A stretch of DNA of 64,000 nucleotides, from assembly GCA_951406725.2 (NCBI GenBank), contig OX597826.1:3348001-3412000 (forward strand), written 5' to 3'. Positions 1 through 14,239 of the stretch are shown here, piece after piece. Both the position numbers and the translations under genes were made by a program. This DNA comes from Octopus vulgaris (taxonomy: Eukaryota). Each line of letters begins with the position of its first letter. The first letter of the stretch is position 1. The notes beneath the pieces were generated by a model. That model saw only the letters and a list, made by a program, of their open reading frames with translations, did not search any database and was not told the origin of the DNA.

Positions 1-473
1 GCATGAGAAGCCGAGGAACAATCCCTTAACTGAGAATTAATCGCGAAAAATGTTGGCTTTCACAGTGCCGCGTTGAAAGGCGACAATTTAAAAGATCTAG
101 ATTACATTTGCAATTTTTAATATTTGATTTGTTATTGCCGTTTCCAAATTCAATTAGCATTTGCGAATGAATTAATTGGTGTCATTCACACTAGCAGATG
201 GTGTTATAAGAATAATTTTTATGAATCAATGTTTCTATTTTATCTCAAAATATTCCATTTGACATTTTCGTAAATGCGAGTCATAATTACAAATTTTTGA
301 TATCTTTAAGATGAACTACGGCAACTCAGTTCATTACGAGAGATGCCATTTCAAGATGCTGAGTTAGCAATATATTCAGGGTTTACACACAGAGACACAG
401 GCGCAGATACACACACACACGCAAATAAATGAGTGTGTTGATGTGAGCGAGATATATTTGTATCTATACATAT

Positions 474-490
474 CTATCTATCTATCCATA

Positions 491-550
<60 letters not shown>

Positions 551-590
551 TATGTGTGTATGTATGTATGTATATATATATAGACATATG

Positions 591-662
<72 letters not shown>

Positions 663-874
663 AACGTATATATTCATGTATTTATATAAATGTATGTATG
701 TAGGGTTGTGTGTGTATGTATTCATATATTTATATACATTAATATACACATTCATATACATGGACACATATAAAAATATTTATACGATGCACTCTAATGC
801 ACACACATACACACACACACACACACATATGTATATATATATACTCTCTCTCTCTCTCTCGCGCGCACACACAC

Positions 875-917
<43 letters not shown>

Positions 918-1223
918 AGCATACACGTACATACACACACGCACGCAGGCCCACACCCGCACATATTCACACCCGCACGTGTGAATATTTGTGTGTTATT
1001 GTACGTGCGCGCTTGTGTTTGTGCGGGTATGTGTGCCTGCTTCTGTGTGCGTGTGTCTGTATCCACATACATACATACATACATACATACACACATACAT
1101 ACATACATACATATTAATAATATAAGGGCAAACAATTATTAATTTTGAAGAATCAACAATTATTTACGGGTAGAAATCTGTATGTAAATATAACCATCAT
1201 CGGTAGGAACTTTAAAAAAAAGT

Positions 1224-1295
<72 letters not shown>

Positions 1296-1331
1296 AATAA
1301 AAATAAGAAAATCCTGTTGCTCGTCCCTTTT

Positions 1332-1407
<76 letters not shown>

Positions 1408-1408
1408 A

Positions 1409-1449
<41 letters not shown>

Positions 1450-1476
1450 TATATGTTGGTGTGTGAGTGTGTGTGT

Positions 1477-1513
<37 letters not shown>

Positions 1514-1520
1514 CGTTAGC
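474..1520. repeat. Compound microsatellite tract (TA)n/(CA)n/(TATG)n/(TC)n
   Basis: Directly visible. Representative of dozens of similar tracts across the window. Confidence 0.95.
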
Positions 1521-4032
1521 GAATGCATGGATGTCTCCGTTGAAGAAATAGACTGATTTTCCATCGAACTTAGTTAATAATAGATACCGATAATTACCTC
1601 CTCATAAACACATATCTACACCAAAAGAGAGTTTGGGAAACTCGTTTTTTTTTACGTCATATTGTTAAGTCCTCAGAAAATTGAATCGTCTGCTGCGGTC
1701 AATCTTTATTATTCGATTTCATTGACTCGTTTAACAAAAGAAATTATTGTTTAAGCCATTTGAAAGCTACTCTTTTCTGCATTAAAAAAATTCTTCCGTG
1801 TTACCCTGTGTTAATGCTTATAATAAATTCTAACCGGTATTAACAAATGATTTAGCATAGGACACCTTTACACTGTGACTGACACTAAGTTTTACAGTTT
1901 CGTAGTATATTAACGGGAATCTGAATGAACATAGAAGAAAAACTTCCTCATCAAGTATTAAGCTGTTAGATAAATTCCTTGGGTTTTCCATTTGATCGTC
2001 ATATTTCTGAAAAGAGATACATTTTTTAAAACGATAAATAAAAGCTCTCGGAAAAGATAGAATTACAAAAAGCATTAAACACTACGATAAAATATTTTCG
2101 TGTTAATTCAAAAAGCATTGTAATGGATAAAAATAAATGGAAAACGAATAAAGTCAGACTATTTTTTCATATATTATATGATTTTTTTCTTTGATTTGTC
2201 AAATGTATTGTTCTTACATTTAAACGTTTAAAAATTAAACGATAAGAATTCTGTATTTATTATGTATCAAGAATTATTCATACGTAATAAAACGATATTC
2301 CATTAAAATTGGGAATCCACTGTCAGTATACTGATTACTAATTAATAATAAATTATCTCTTGTCCGGTTAAAGCCCAACTCCATTTCTCCAAACATATTA
2401 AAATTTGAAATCTAAGCTTATAGTCTCCAAGATTTATAACGCTTTTCTCATGGAAGTCTACGATCCATACAGGTCTAAGTAAAAATGGTGAATCTTAAAG
2501 AAATGGTTTCAGTAGTGTTTAATATTTCAAATCACATCTGTCTCTCCCAGAATGTCGGTGAAAATTAAGTACAAGCTCTTCCTGAAAATTATAAAACAGT
2601 AATTAAAAGATGGACAACACACAGAACCAAGTAAAGGAACTATATTCTATATTGTATTTCTTGTTGCCCAACCTAAAATTAGCTCTGGTCTAACCTCAGT
2701 ATAAAGTTAGATATTATTAAGTCCTTGAATAATCTATCTTATTTTCAAATCTAGGAGGTATATCAAACCGCATTAGTCTAAGAATGTATTTCGTTTTATC
2801 AAGATTGATTGTGATTTTTGGTATATACGTTTACACTTTCTTGTACGATGGGCATCTTTGCGGAAATGCCTTATTGGATGATACAGTTTTGTTTCTTATA
2901 TGCTGACCTACAGATTATCCGTGATGTATGTGAGTGAATGGAATCCGTAAGTTTTATAATTTAAATAAAATGAACACAACTGCATCTGGGAAATGTGCCC
3001 TACACTTAGTATACAATATGATTTCCATTTGAGCCTCAAAGAACAACGGTTATTGGTCAATTGATGTGTGTATAAATATTTGTACTTTTGTACTTCTTTA
3101 TAATTGATGTATTTCGTATCTATGACCAGTGTATTTTTCATCGAGACGAATATTCAATGCGGACAATTTTGTATCATTTTAGGACCGAGTATATAAAAAC
3201 TTTTTAAACTGAATCCTTTTATGAGCTCCTTATCTCAACGAACAAAGCTATTTGGAGATAACAATATTAGGTTATGTCAATCGTTCAGAGATGCAGGATC
3301 AAGCGCTGCTTCATGCAGTCAGTCTTATTCGCTCGCGTTGTTAATATCTTTGGAGAATTCTTGAAGTTTTTCTAACATTAAAATACAATACGTATACGAG
3401 AAAATATGATACGTGCACAATACGTGTACACTGGCTAGCTTTGAGGGTAACGCGGTTTCAAAACACTAATCAGAATATTTGAAATCCGGTACACTGCTAA
3501 AATCCCCTTAAAATATAGTGACTTACCACTCAACAGGGAATCGATATTTTAAAATATCTATATTACATTGTATACAGAATATACGAAGTACGGCAAGATG
3601 AATTAATATTATTGCTTTCCTAATAAATAATCTGATAGTGAGAGGCATCAGCTTCAACATTAAAACAGGGATTCGTCATCTTAGCATTAAAAGACAATGG
3701 TACTTATACACAGGTTATCATGACATGTAGTACTCATCTATATGAAACCCCCTATATTGAATTTCTTGTCTGACGTCATTTTCGATCGAACAATCGGAAA
3801 TATCGAAGATATTCTGTTTTATTTCAATGTATTACTTCTAAAATATATTTCTGTACCATATATTTGTCTATAAACCCTTCATACATTCACTTTTATATCA
3901 TAAATTCTTCTTCGGCAATACTTACTCCCAGCCTTCGATTTACGTAATCCGTATTACCGTATTTTAATACATATACATTTACACATAGAAGTATATAAAT
4001 AGATACACACATATATATATATAACATTAATA

Positions 4033-4158
<126 letters not shown>

Positions 4159-5070
4159 GTGAAGTACATAGATACACATACGCAAACAGATGAATATATA
4201 TTAGCACATATTCTCACAACTATATACATATATATGTATATATATATATGTGTGTGTGTGTGAATGTATATTTATATATACATGAATGCTGGCAGATGCA
4301 CGTGTGTGGGTGTGTGCATGTATATGTTTCTGTATTCCTGTACGTACGTTTATGTATGTGTGTGTGTGTTTGTGTGTGTAAGCTTTTAATGCATCCGTAT
4401 TCCTCGAAGCTCAATCCTTGTAATCTTTAGTGTTTCCCTGATTTATATAATCCCCTTCATTCTTAAGTAGGTCCCTTATCTATCCATTACTTACCAATGC
4501 CAAGCTTTTATCTTTTACTCTCTACTCTCAGGATTTTTACATCCAGACTGCTTTAAATATTCTGCATGTTAATAGCATTTTTTTTTGATCAGATCAGTAG
4601 CATTTGGTTACGAACAAAACAAAATCAAAGATATTTTGTATTGTTTTTCGGTAAGACATCAATAACAACATTAATAAGTAAACTTTGACTGGGGGGTCAT
4701 GATATTATTAGGGATGGCATAAAATGGAAAACTGTTTTGGCATGCGCGTATGCTAATCGATTTTCTTTTTATTAAGTGTGTGTGTGTGTGTGTTTGAATG
4801 TATGTCTGTATGCGTGTGTGTGAGTGGGTGTGTGTGCACGCATGGGTGTATGTGTTATTGGTTTCGATAACAGGTAGCAGTACATAATCTATTATTTGGG
4901 AACCTGAGTAATTTGATATCGCGTTTAGTATCTTTCTAGGGATGAGGATAATTACGGCATGTGTCGTATCCTATGATACAGCATCTATCATGTTTTGCTA
5001 TATATATATATATATAATCATATAAACATATACATACATATATATACACATATATAAATACATATATATA

Positions 5071-5410
5071 GGCGCATGGCTCAGTGGTTAGAGCGTCGAG
5101 CTTACGATCGTGAGGTTGTGAGCTCGAATCCCGGTCCGGGCTGCGTGTTGTGTTCTTGAGCAAAGCACTTTATTTTCACGTTGCTCCAGTTCACTCAGCT
5201 GTAGAAATGAGTTGCGACGTCACTGGTGCCAAGCTGTATCGACCTTTGTCTTTCCTTTGGATAACATCAGTGGTGTGGAGAGGGGAGGCTGGTATGCATG
5301 GGCGACTGCTGGTCTTCCATAAACAACCTTGCCCGGACTTGTGTCTAGGAGGGTAACTTTCTAAGTGCAATCCCATGGTCATTCATGATCGAAGGGGGTC
5401 TTTACCCTTT
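5071..5410 (+). mobile_element. tRNA-derived SINE, family C, full length
   Basis: A box TGGCTCAGTGG and B box GAGCTCGAATCCC, central ccagttcactcagctgtagaaatgag domain, tail ending tttacccttt. Related copies at 58468 and 62351. Confidence 0.85.
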
Positions 5411-5481
<71 letters not shown>

Positions 5482-6519
5482 TATATACATACATATATAT
5501 ACATATATAGACCTAGAAAGAGAGACAGAGAATTATACATACAAGCATAAATACATAAATATATGCACACGCACACATATATATATACATATAAATATAG
5601 ATACATATATGTGAGTGTGTGTGTATTTTTGTATGCAGGCATACATACACAAGAAGATATATACATTCTAGAGGACATACTGAAATCAGAAACACGACTA
5701 TACCTGTTTGCAGATGTTCTTAGACAAGAAAGGCTAATCAGATGGTGTTGTGTGTGACATTGTGCTGTTTAGGATCAGATAAAATAGAAAGTGTCCGCAA
5801 GAAAATAGTTCCGCGGTACAATTCTGTAAAACGTCAACAAACATAATCATCGCAATGTTTCTCACAGAAATATTCGAGTAAGTTAGTCAATGTTCTACTG
5901 GAGGCATCGAGGGAAGAAAACAAAAGAAAAGAAAAGACAGTTATTCAAAAGACAATTTGAGAACGTGCGTTGATAAACATTTTCTAATACGCCAAACAAC
6001 CTTTATGATGACCACATCGAATTTAACGAAACGGAATAAGTGTAGGGAGCAAACAAAACGAGAAAGCAATGCAAAGAAATGTCTAAGGTGAACAAGCAAA
6101 GCATTATGCAGTTACTTGAATTCCTAATGCAGATAAGTTTTCAATTATGATGAATGAATATTAATAATTTATAAAAATATAATATAAAATATATCAGGTA
6201 ACAACTCTATATTTTTGGCTTCCCTATTGTTAGTAACGTGGTTGTATTTACTACAAACAGCATCCTTAAGACAAGGTAGATGTCATTTCCAAATCAAAGG
6301 CGATGAAACTTATAGATCCAAATCTGAAACATTGTCTGGCTCTAAAGGAAAATTGAATTAATTGTGGTAGTTCTCAATAGGTAGTGGATCAAATATTACC
6401 CTCGGACATTATCACCAAGGAAGGTTCTCAGTGACCTTACGACTTTATAGTGGAGAGTAGAAAGAGCTGTCTTAATAAATCAACAAAGAAATTACGAGGA
6501 ATGAACGAAAAATTTGATT

Positions 6520-6665
6520 TAAATTTTGGCTCAAGGCCAGGAAATTGTAGGTGATCTAGTATTTAAATTGCGCATGAATGAATGAAACGTAATCCAACTT
6601 CAGTGGAGTTTGAACTCAGAACCTAAAAAACCAAACGAATTGCCGCTAAACATTTTATCCGCCTC
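6520..6665 (-). mobile_element. Degenerate SINE, family B'
   Basis: tttgaactcagaac and ccgctaaacattt match the family B head (compare 26047-26259). Confidence 0.55.
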
Positions 6666-7774
6666 GTATAATAGGAGGATTTTGAGTATATGTCTATCGA
6701 AAGAGTTGTTCAAACAATAACAACTATAACATCAGATGAGGTAAATACTGCGTTTACGGTGATTGTGAATGTTTGTTTTAAATTTGATATGTGCACCTGG
6801 CTATAACATACCAAGTGCACACCTAAGTACAAATAAGAAAGTACATCGAGTTTCTGCGTGTTTTAAAAGGCTACTGAAAAGATTGTGACATGAAGAATAT
6901 CCGACTGTAAAACACAGCCTTCAAAACCGTTCAATCCATGATTATAAGCGAATATGATAATAATAGTAATAAAGACCAATGTGTATCAGTCTGTTTTGTA
7001 TTAGTTGCATCTCTTTGATATGCATCGTGACACTATCCTAATGCTTTTGAGCAACTGGTCTAACTTACGAACATTACTTTGTTAGAGTTGAAGAAGCAGA
7101 GGGAAAAAATAAACTGCTCCATGTTGTTGTTTCTTTTAGAGATTGTTCCGGATCATGGCTCATATACTTAGTAAGCTAAGAACCGGTTACAAACAAAGAA
7201 GAAACAAGAGCAACCTTTGTGTTATCACTCAACCGGTTAGAAATCTAAGCCAAATTTACCTCAGATCAAACCCCGCTGATTATAGTAAACAAACAAAAAC
7301 AAAAACAAAAAAAAAGGAAGCAAAAGCCAAAACGAATGGAAAGCACATTAGACTATGTTCCATGATATTTCCATCTATCAGCAAAAGTAGTAAATTATCC
7401 TTTTACTTCACTCCGTGTGTCTCTCTAGGCATTTCACCGTCTAGCGAGCCAGACAAACAGAGAAGTTCCTATTATATATGTGGTCACGTTCTTTCGATTG
7501 GTTGTAATTTTTTTCTTGTCTATTCTTTGCTTCATAAACATGCACGTGAGGCTTGTGAAGTCTCTCTCTCACAATCTCTCCCGTTTTACCTTTTCTACCC
7601 TTCCACCCCAAATCTTGTTCTACTAGCATTCTGTCTTCCTTTATTTAAGGCTGAACTTTGCGCATCTGGTTCGATCTGAGCACTAACTCATTATAATATT
7701 TGCCTTTTGAGAGATTCTTTGACTTCACACCAACACGTATAAATACATGCATGCACACACACGCACACACGCAT

Positions 7775-7855
<81 letters not shown>

Positions 7856-7860
7856 CGTAT

Positions 7861-8030
7861 TCTTTATTCTTTTACTTGCTTCAGGCATTTTACTGTGGCC
7901 ATGTTGGAGCACCGTTTTTAGTCGAACACATCGACCTCAGGATATAGTCTTTTTTAAGCCTAGTACTTATACTATGAGTCTCTTTTGACGAAACCAGAAA
8001 GTTACAGGGAAGTAAACACGCCAGCATCGC
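7861..8030 (-). mobile_element. SINE family A, 3' half
   Basis: ttttacttgcttcagg...ggccatgttggagcacc...aagcctagtacttat matches the full copies at 37511 and 38978. Confidence 0.85.
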
Positions 8031-8035
8031 ACGTG

Positions 8036-8094
<59 letters not shown>

Positions 8095-8182
8095 GTGTGT
8101 GTATATATATATATGTATATATATATACATATATATATATATTTACATATGTGTATATACACATGTAATATGCGTGTGTGTG

Positions 8183-8228
<46 letters not shown>

Positions 8229-8252
8229 CATTTACATATATACACATATGTG

Positions 8253-8286
<34 letters not shown>

Positions 8287-8315
8287 TTATATATATATAT
8301 ATATATATATATATA

Positions 8316-8602
8316 ATGGCCTAGTGGTTAGGGCAGCGGACTCGCGGTCGCAGGATCGCGGTTTCGATTCCCAAACCGGGCGTTGCGTGTGTTTATTGAG
8401 CGAAACACATAAAAGCTTCACGAGGCTCCGGCAGGGGGTGGTGATCCTTGCTGTACTCTTTCGCCACTCTTTCTCCCACTCTTTCTTCTGTTGGCCTGCT
8501 CGCTTAGCCAGCGGGGTGGCGTCATTCGAAGGCTAAAACAATGCGAACGCATTGTGACCAGCGATGTGTAACAACATCTGATGGTCTGGTCGGTCACGTG
8601 AT

Positions 8603-8610
<8 letters not shown>
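8316..8610 (+). mobile_element. tRNA-derived SINE, family D
   Basis: A box TGGCCTAGTGG and B box GGTTTCGATTCCC. Central gagcgaaacac...ggctccggcag domain is shared with 55474-55692. Ends in a cacgtgat repeat. Confidence 0.8.
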
Positions 8611-8646
<36 letters not shown>

Positions 8647-8679
8647 ATATATATCACAATATATATATATCACAATAAG

Positions 8680-8844
8680 AGTGAAAGAAATTGAATATTA
8701 ATTAATAACGTCAATTTAAAACACCAAGTGGCCTAGCGAAAAAAACTGGGATGCAGTAAAAATTATTAATATAAGTAATAAGAGAGAGACCACATGTGGT
8801 CACTCTAACGCTAGAAGTGACCACATGTGGTCTCTCTCTTATTA

Positions 8845-8850
<6 letters not shown>
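8680..8850. mobile_element. Fold-back non-autonomous element with near-perfect hairpin
   Basis: taagtaataagagagagaccacatgtggtcact / agtgaccacatgtggtctctctcttattactta inverted arms (about 8772-8848). Flank resembles the 41540-42305 family. Confidence 0.7.
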
Positions 8851-8910
<60 letters not shown>

Positions 8911-8912
<2 letters not shown>

Positions 8913-9150
8913 AATTCTATAATTATAAGCATAATTATAATTAGGGTTCAGCAAATACTGCTCCACCACATAGCGAAATTTAGAAATAGCAATTTCTGTA
9001 TGTGGTGAAGCAATTTTTGCTGAACCGTAATTATAATCATACTTATAATTGTAGAATTTTTATACAAGGTTGCCGATAATGGTTCTTTTAACATACCGAA
9101 CTACTTGGTAAAATTATTAATTATTAAATGATTAATTAATTTTACCCTTT
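8911..9150. mobile_element. Fold-back non-autonomous element (about 60-bp imperfect inverted arms plus conserved tail)
   Basis: Arms at about 8913-8973 and 8997-9059. Tail ccgataatggttcttt...ttggtaaaattattaattatt recurs at 62868-62995. Confidence 0.7.
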
Positions 9151-9181
9151 ATGATATATATATATATATATATATATATAA

Positions 9182-10403
9182 TAGCTTAAATGCCAACCTA
9201 TCGGGCGGCTTTTAAGCAAGCTCCTTCGGAGGGCTCTTCATGGGGCCATCGGTCTAACGGTGACACTTCATGCATTAGGTACATATTAAATTTTATTAAA
9301 CTTGAACAATGTTTTACAAGCAATTACCAGTTTTCACCAAAACAATGCTATAATCTGTCTGTTTGGAACGTATTGCAAAGCTGCATGATAAACAACATGT
9401 TTGGTCTTCCCATTTGGAGTCAGATTCTATTCTTGGACAACGAACATCAACCTGGCCGTGAGAAAAGCAGGGTTCCATCAGATGAAGCCCAGTTACTTTC
9501 AAATATTGTACTTTGAACCTATTAATCGACAGTGCAAAGCTCGCTCACACTGGAATCTGAAGTCTTTGGAACTATCACCACAACTATTGGTTGCCCATTA
9601 GCATCAATGCCACCAATTTGCAGGGAGTTTTGTTCGCGCCAAGCATAACGTATTGCTCAACAGAATTTACTCTGATCTACGATCATAGTTCTACTTTGTT
9701 TAGGAAATTCATGCATCATATCATTTTGCGAAATATTGCATGACCAACAATAAATGATCAAAAGGATGTTATACAGGGGCACATGGCTTTTGTCAAAGTA
9801 TGACCTGTGGTGGTTTGAATTTCTCGTTTTACAAAGCTTGCAGTACGAAACGTTTCCGCCAAAAATGTTACCACGTGTGATAAGGCCACATGGTAAATTG
9901 CAATATTCACAGGTGTACCTGTTTGTGATTAAATGGTGCTGTGCCAACCATTGATGAATACTGATACATGATTCTGCTAATTTAGTAGTATCCCACGATT
10001 CTTCTAATATTGTTTCGCGATTGAAGAGATCCATTCGGGTACAATAAACTGCAGTGTCGCTGGTCTTCAACGGGACACCTCCATCGATCTCCAATTCGAA
10101 ACTGAACTGATTTTGGTGTGGTATAAACTCATTTGGGTAAAGTAAAATAAGTTGTATTATTTCCTTTTGCTTCTTTTATTAGTTATCTCCCCTTCATTTT
10201 AATTCATTATTTTTTATACGCCCGTAATAAAAATTTGGGAATCCAAAATTTCAGGATTGCGTATCCAGATTCAGCCCGGGGAGGGGGTTAATTTACTCAT
10301 TGACTCAGCCTTATTCGAAAATGGCATGACATGTTAGGCTACAGTCTGTAAGAGTGGAGTTTAAAAAGTTTGACTCACAGACATTCGCATTTATTACATT
10401 AGA
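9182..10403 (-). mobile_element. Non-autonomous Helitron-like element carrying a transposase fragment
   Basis: On minus: 5' TCTAATGTAATAAATGCGAATG at 10403. 3' GC-rich imperfect hairpin gccgcccgataggttggc followed by atttaagCTAt (CTAG-like) at about 9182. Confidence 0.55.
9560..10060 (-). pseudogene. Merlin / ISXO2 (IS1595-family)-like DDE transposase relic
   Basis: ORF 9657-10094 has CEYC..CKLC zinc-ribbon motifs, SYFDKSHVPLYNILLIIYCWS and TMIVDQSKFC. After a stop it continues QIGGIDANGQPIVV, the motif preceding EIDES in Merlin transposases. Confidence 0.75.
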
Positions 10404-10432
10404 CACACACACTCACGCATACACACACACAC

Positions 10433-10497
<65 letters not shown>

Positions 10498-10499
10498 GA

Positions 10500-10637
10500 A
10501 CTAAACGCTTCTTTCAGATTGCTTTACCGAACCCACTCACAAGGCGTTCGTCGCTCGAGGCTACAGTTGAAGACACCTGCAAAAGGTGCCACTCAGTGGG
10601 TCTGAAACCGAAACCAGGTGATCAGGAACAAACACAC

Positions 10638-10640
<3 letters not shown>
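10500..10640 (-). mobile_element. SINE family A, degenerate 5' half
   Basis: cttctttcag...ccactcacaaggc...gaggctacagttgaagacacctgc...ggtgccactcagtggg. Confidence 0.75.
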
Positions 10641-10695
<55 letters not shown>

Positions 10696-12189
10696 ATATG
10701 TGTACATAATAAAGTGTTAAACTTTATTAATTATTAAATCTTAAACCAGAAAGCAAACATTTATCACCTTTTATATTATTTTCAGTATAAATGTTATATA
10801 GTTTTGATAACATATTTCTTGACATTGCGCAAGATAACATATAACTGCAACGAAAGGATACATACAACATTACATAACACAAACACAACATAGGTGTACC
10901 AAGAAAATGAATGATGGAGCATTGTCGATCACCGGAAGTGCCTTCACAGCTAACCTGGTGTTGTAAGAACAACGTCACCAACAATCCACCAGTTAGATTG
11001 TTTCTTTCCTTCCTAAAATATCAGAATTCAATTGGACAATTATTGGCTTGCATCAGCAGAAATCAGCTCAATAAATTTCATGAAATGGCCTTAACATATG
11101 ATATGGATTTTATTATAACTATTTTTTGTATAATGCATTAACTTATTCTCTTTCCTGTCATTTCGTTTATCAACTTGCGTTCTGAGATGTATTTAATCGT
11201 GCACATTCGTAAGCTACTTAGAATATTTTTTTCAAGACATGGAATGCAATTTAGTTATACGCATATTGTATAAGTCTAACAGAGTGGATGTGCATATGTT
11301 TATGCCTGTAGGTTTCTTCTGTTTGCGTGCATGTATTCATGTGTCGTGTATGAGTGGGATCCGTGCATGTGTGTAATTTCTAAAAGCATTTATGAGCTTT
11401 CAGTGTTAACAACATTTTATGGATTCAGAAGGAAATTTCTCATATTTTAATGAAATATTCACTAAAATATGATAAAAAAAAAACAAGACATTTTTCTCTA
11501 ATGGTATAATACGTAGAAATCAGAAAGTATTGTATAAGTTGTAATGTTTTAATTTCCATATTGTTCAAGCAGAATGGTAATACAAGTAGAAGGAAAAGAT
11601 CTGATAATTATTTAATAGACTATTCTGATATTGAAAATCCATGCAACCACAGCAAGTTGATGCCTTTCCAGAGAATATTATTTCAAATTGCATATTTCTT
11701 TAACGTTTAGGTGTATTTTTATTCTAATTGTGTAATGAATATTTAGAAATTCAACATATGCTGGTACAACAAAAATAACTATGAAATCGCTACTAAAATA
11801 AGGTTGCTGATATTTGACACATTGTTCGATCTCGTGACATTTTGTGTTGCCATCTATTCTGCTAAAACATTGCTTCTCGCATGCATTATCTTATACATTT
11901 TTATTGTTATAACCATTGGATGACGGCGAATTAGAAACACCTCCTCGAAGTATTTACTCAAACAAATTCATCCCAAAACATATTTTAAGCCTAGTTCTGA
12001 TTCTACCGTTGTCTCTTACCGAACCGCTGTATTGTCGTAGGTAAACAAACCATCACCGGTTATCAAGCAGTGACGGGTGAGAAATACAACGCAATCACTA
12101 ACCATCACATGTGTGTATGTGTGTGCGTGTGTGTGTGTGTGTGTTCTCTCCATATTTTTTCGTTCTCTCTCGAAATTTTTTCCTTTCAT

Positions 12190-12315
12190 CCCTTCCTGTT
12201 GAAGAGCGTAGGCTCGAAATATCAAAGACTTTACCGTTCTTCCCCAATGTCAAACCGTCAAACTAATACACCTGCTTGTTGTTTCCGCATCTGTCTCCGT
12301 CTTTCAAGTTGTTTG

Positions 12316-12320
<5 letters not shown>
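12190..12320 (+). mobile_element. Short Penelope-like pLTR fragment with hammerhead-like fold (CUGUUGA variant)
   Basis: ctgttga-a-gagc-gtag-gctc-gaaa at 12196-12219. Second copy at 62181. Confidence 0.55.
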
Positions 12321-12360
<40 letters not shown>

Positions 12361-12389
12361 AGCATATATATATATATATATATATATAT

Positions 12390-12565
12390 ATGCTTTCAAT
12401 TTCTCTCTACCAAATTTCTTTCATAGAGGTTTGCCTAGCACATGGCTATCGGAGAAGAGAGTCTCTCAAGGTGCTGCGCAGTGGGATTGAAACCAAGACC
12501 CTCGTGATCAAGAAACTAGCTCCATAGCCACGCAGCCAAGACTGACTAAGTCACTCCTGCGCCTC
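12390..12565 (-). mobile_element. SINE family A, degenerate 5' half
   Basis: ctaccaaattt...caaggtgctgcgcagtgggattgaaacc...cactcctgcgcc. Confidence 0.7.
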
Positions 12566-13122
12566 GGGTAAGGGAATTTGAAAATTTTATAAGCTCAACA
12601 TTTCTCACAAATGAATCAGATCGTGAGGAAAATAATCATACATAAAAGATAGAGTGATAAACAGAAAACTAATAGAGGAAGCTTTAGAAAGAAACTGTTT
12701 GTTTTTAGTCACATTGTCAATGTAACTATCTGAGCTGATAAAAGAAAGGCGGACAATATTCAACTAGAAAACGTTGGTTTAAAATCTCTAACTAAATCTT
12801 AATTAGTCTAGACAATGGATATAATGAATACGAATATTTCTTTATTCATCTTATTGCGATTGCTATTTCTGTAAACAAAAATAAGCGAAAAAAATTCTCT
12901 GGAATCTTAAAAGTTATTTTTTCCAGCCTGCAATTTGTACACTTTAAATCCGAGTAATTAACTCCAGAAGATCTTATTACAGTTTAATTAACATAGCCCG
13001 AATTTTGGTGCTAAACATAAAAACACTTCTAATGGTTGGCGTTGCCTATTTATTATTTATTTTTTGGCTTTCATAGATATAAATTTCTTTTAATAGATTC
13101 AGCAGAGAAAACTTAATTCAAA

Positions 13123-13172
<50 letters not shown>

Positions 13173-14239
13173 GTATGTATATAAGTATATATGTGAGTGT
13201 TAGTGTGTACGATTGTGTGTGTGTGTGTGTATGTGAGTGTGCGTGTGTATGATGTGTGTGTGTGCGCGAGCGCGTGAGTGTAGTAGAATCTTGATACACT
13301 TCAACAAAATAATTCAGGTCATAATTTGTGGATTTGAGAGTAAGTGCGAAGTAATTTGATAATTAGGGCAGCCTACTTTATATGGAGTAATTAAAACGAA
13401 ATCATAATTTTGAAAACATGTGTCAGATTAGTTGTTTGGTTGTGAAGATCCCTTCGGATGTACTTTCAGCTCTAATTCGTTGGCAGAGTACATTAAAGAA
13501 CTGGCAACTACTTCGACCTCGAGTTGGCCAACAATTTTGAAAAGAATTATGCTAAAATATATAAGTGTAGTCATCTATGATAAATATATAAATTTCAGTG
13601 CGAGGGTACTTGTGTGTTCCCGTCTGTGTTTATGAACATATGTGTAGAGATAGATAATTCAACTAAACAGACATTTCAATTAACATACATATATCCATTT
13701 TTCCACATTTACTTTTTTAGGAGGCAGTAGCCACGGCGGAAACTGGGCAAAATAAAGAAGTAACTAGACGCAATATATTGCAAATTATATTCTAAAAAAT
13801 GCTTCAGTAATCTCCCTGCCACTGTAGCCCTAAGAAATAATGCACAGCAGCGAGCATGGCAATTAACACCATGTTATACCAACGACAATATAAAATTCAA
13901 TTGAAAATAGTGATGAATAACGTTACACAGTTTTATTACGCCATAATATATTTGATAAACGTTTACAAATAAGGTAAAAATACACTGGAAGAGCTAGTTT
14001 TGCAGTTAAACATCTATGATGGAGGGTTTAGATTGGCATTTTAAGGTATTTCATTTCAATTAAAATGTTAATTATCTATCATAAAATGGAATGAAAACAT
14101 AGGATATCTAATTTATATAACTATCTCACAGTTTGTTATTTTATCTATGTCTGTGTGTCATATATTTTTTTATATTTTATTTTTTTATATTTTTTTAATG
14201 TTTTTTCATGTATAATTATCTATTTATCTATTTATCTCT

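Noticed and set aside
5071-5145. tRNA gene candidates (also 8316, 38434, 58530, 62351)
   Set aside because: The tRNA-like heads run directly into SINE bodies, with no clean acceptor stem or terminator.
7143-7679. 178-aa ORF
   Set aside because: No recognisable domain, a non-ATG start, and includes low-complexity A-rich sequence.
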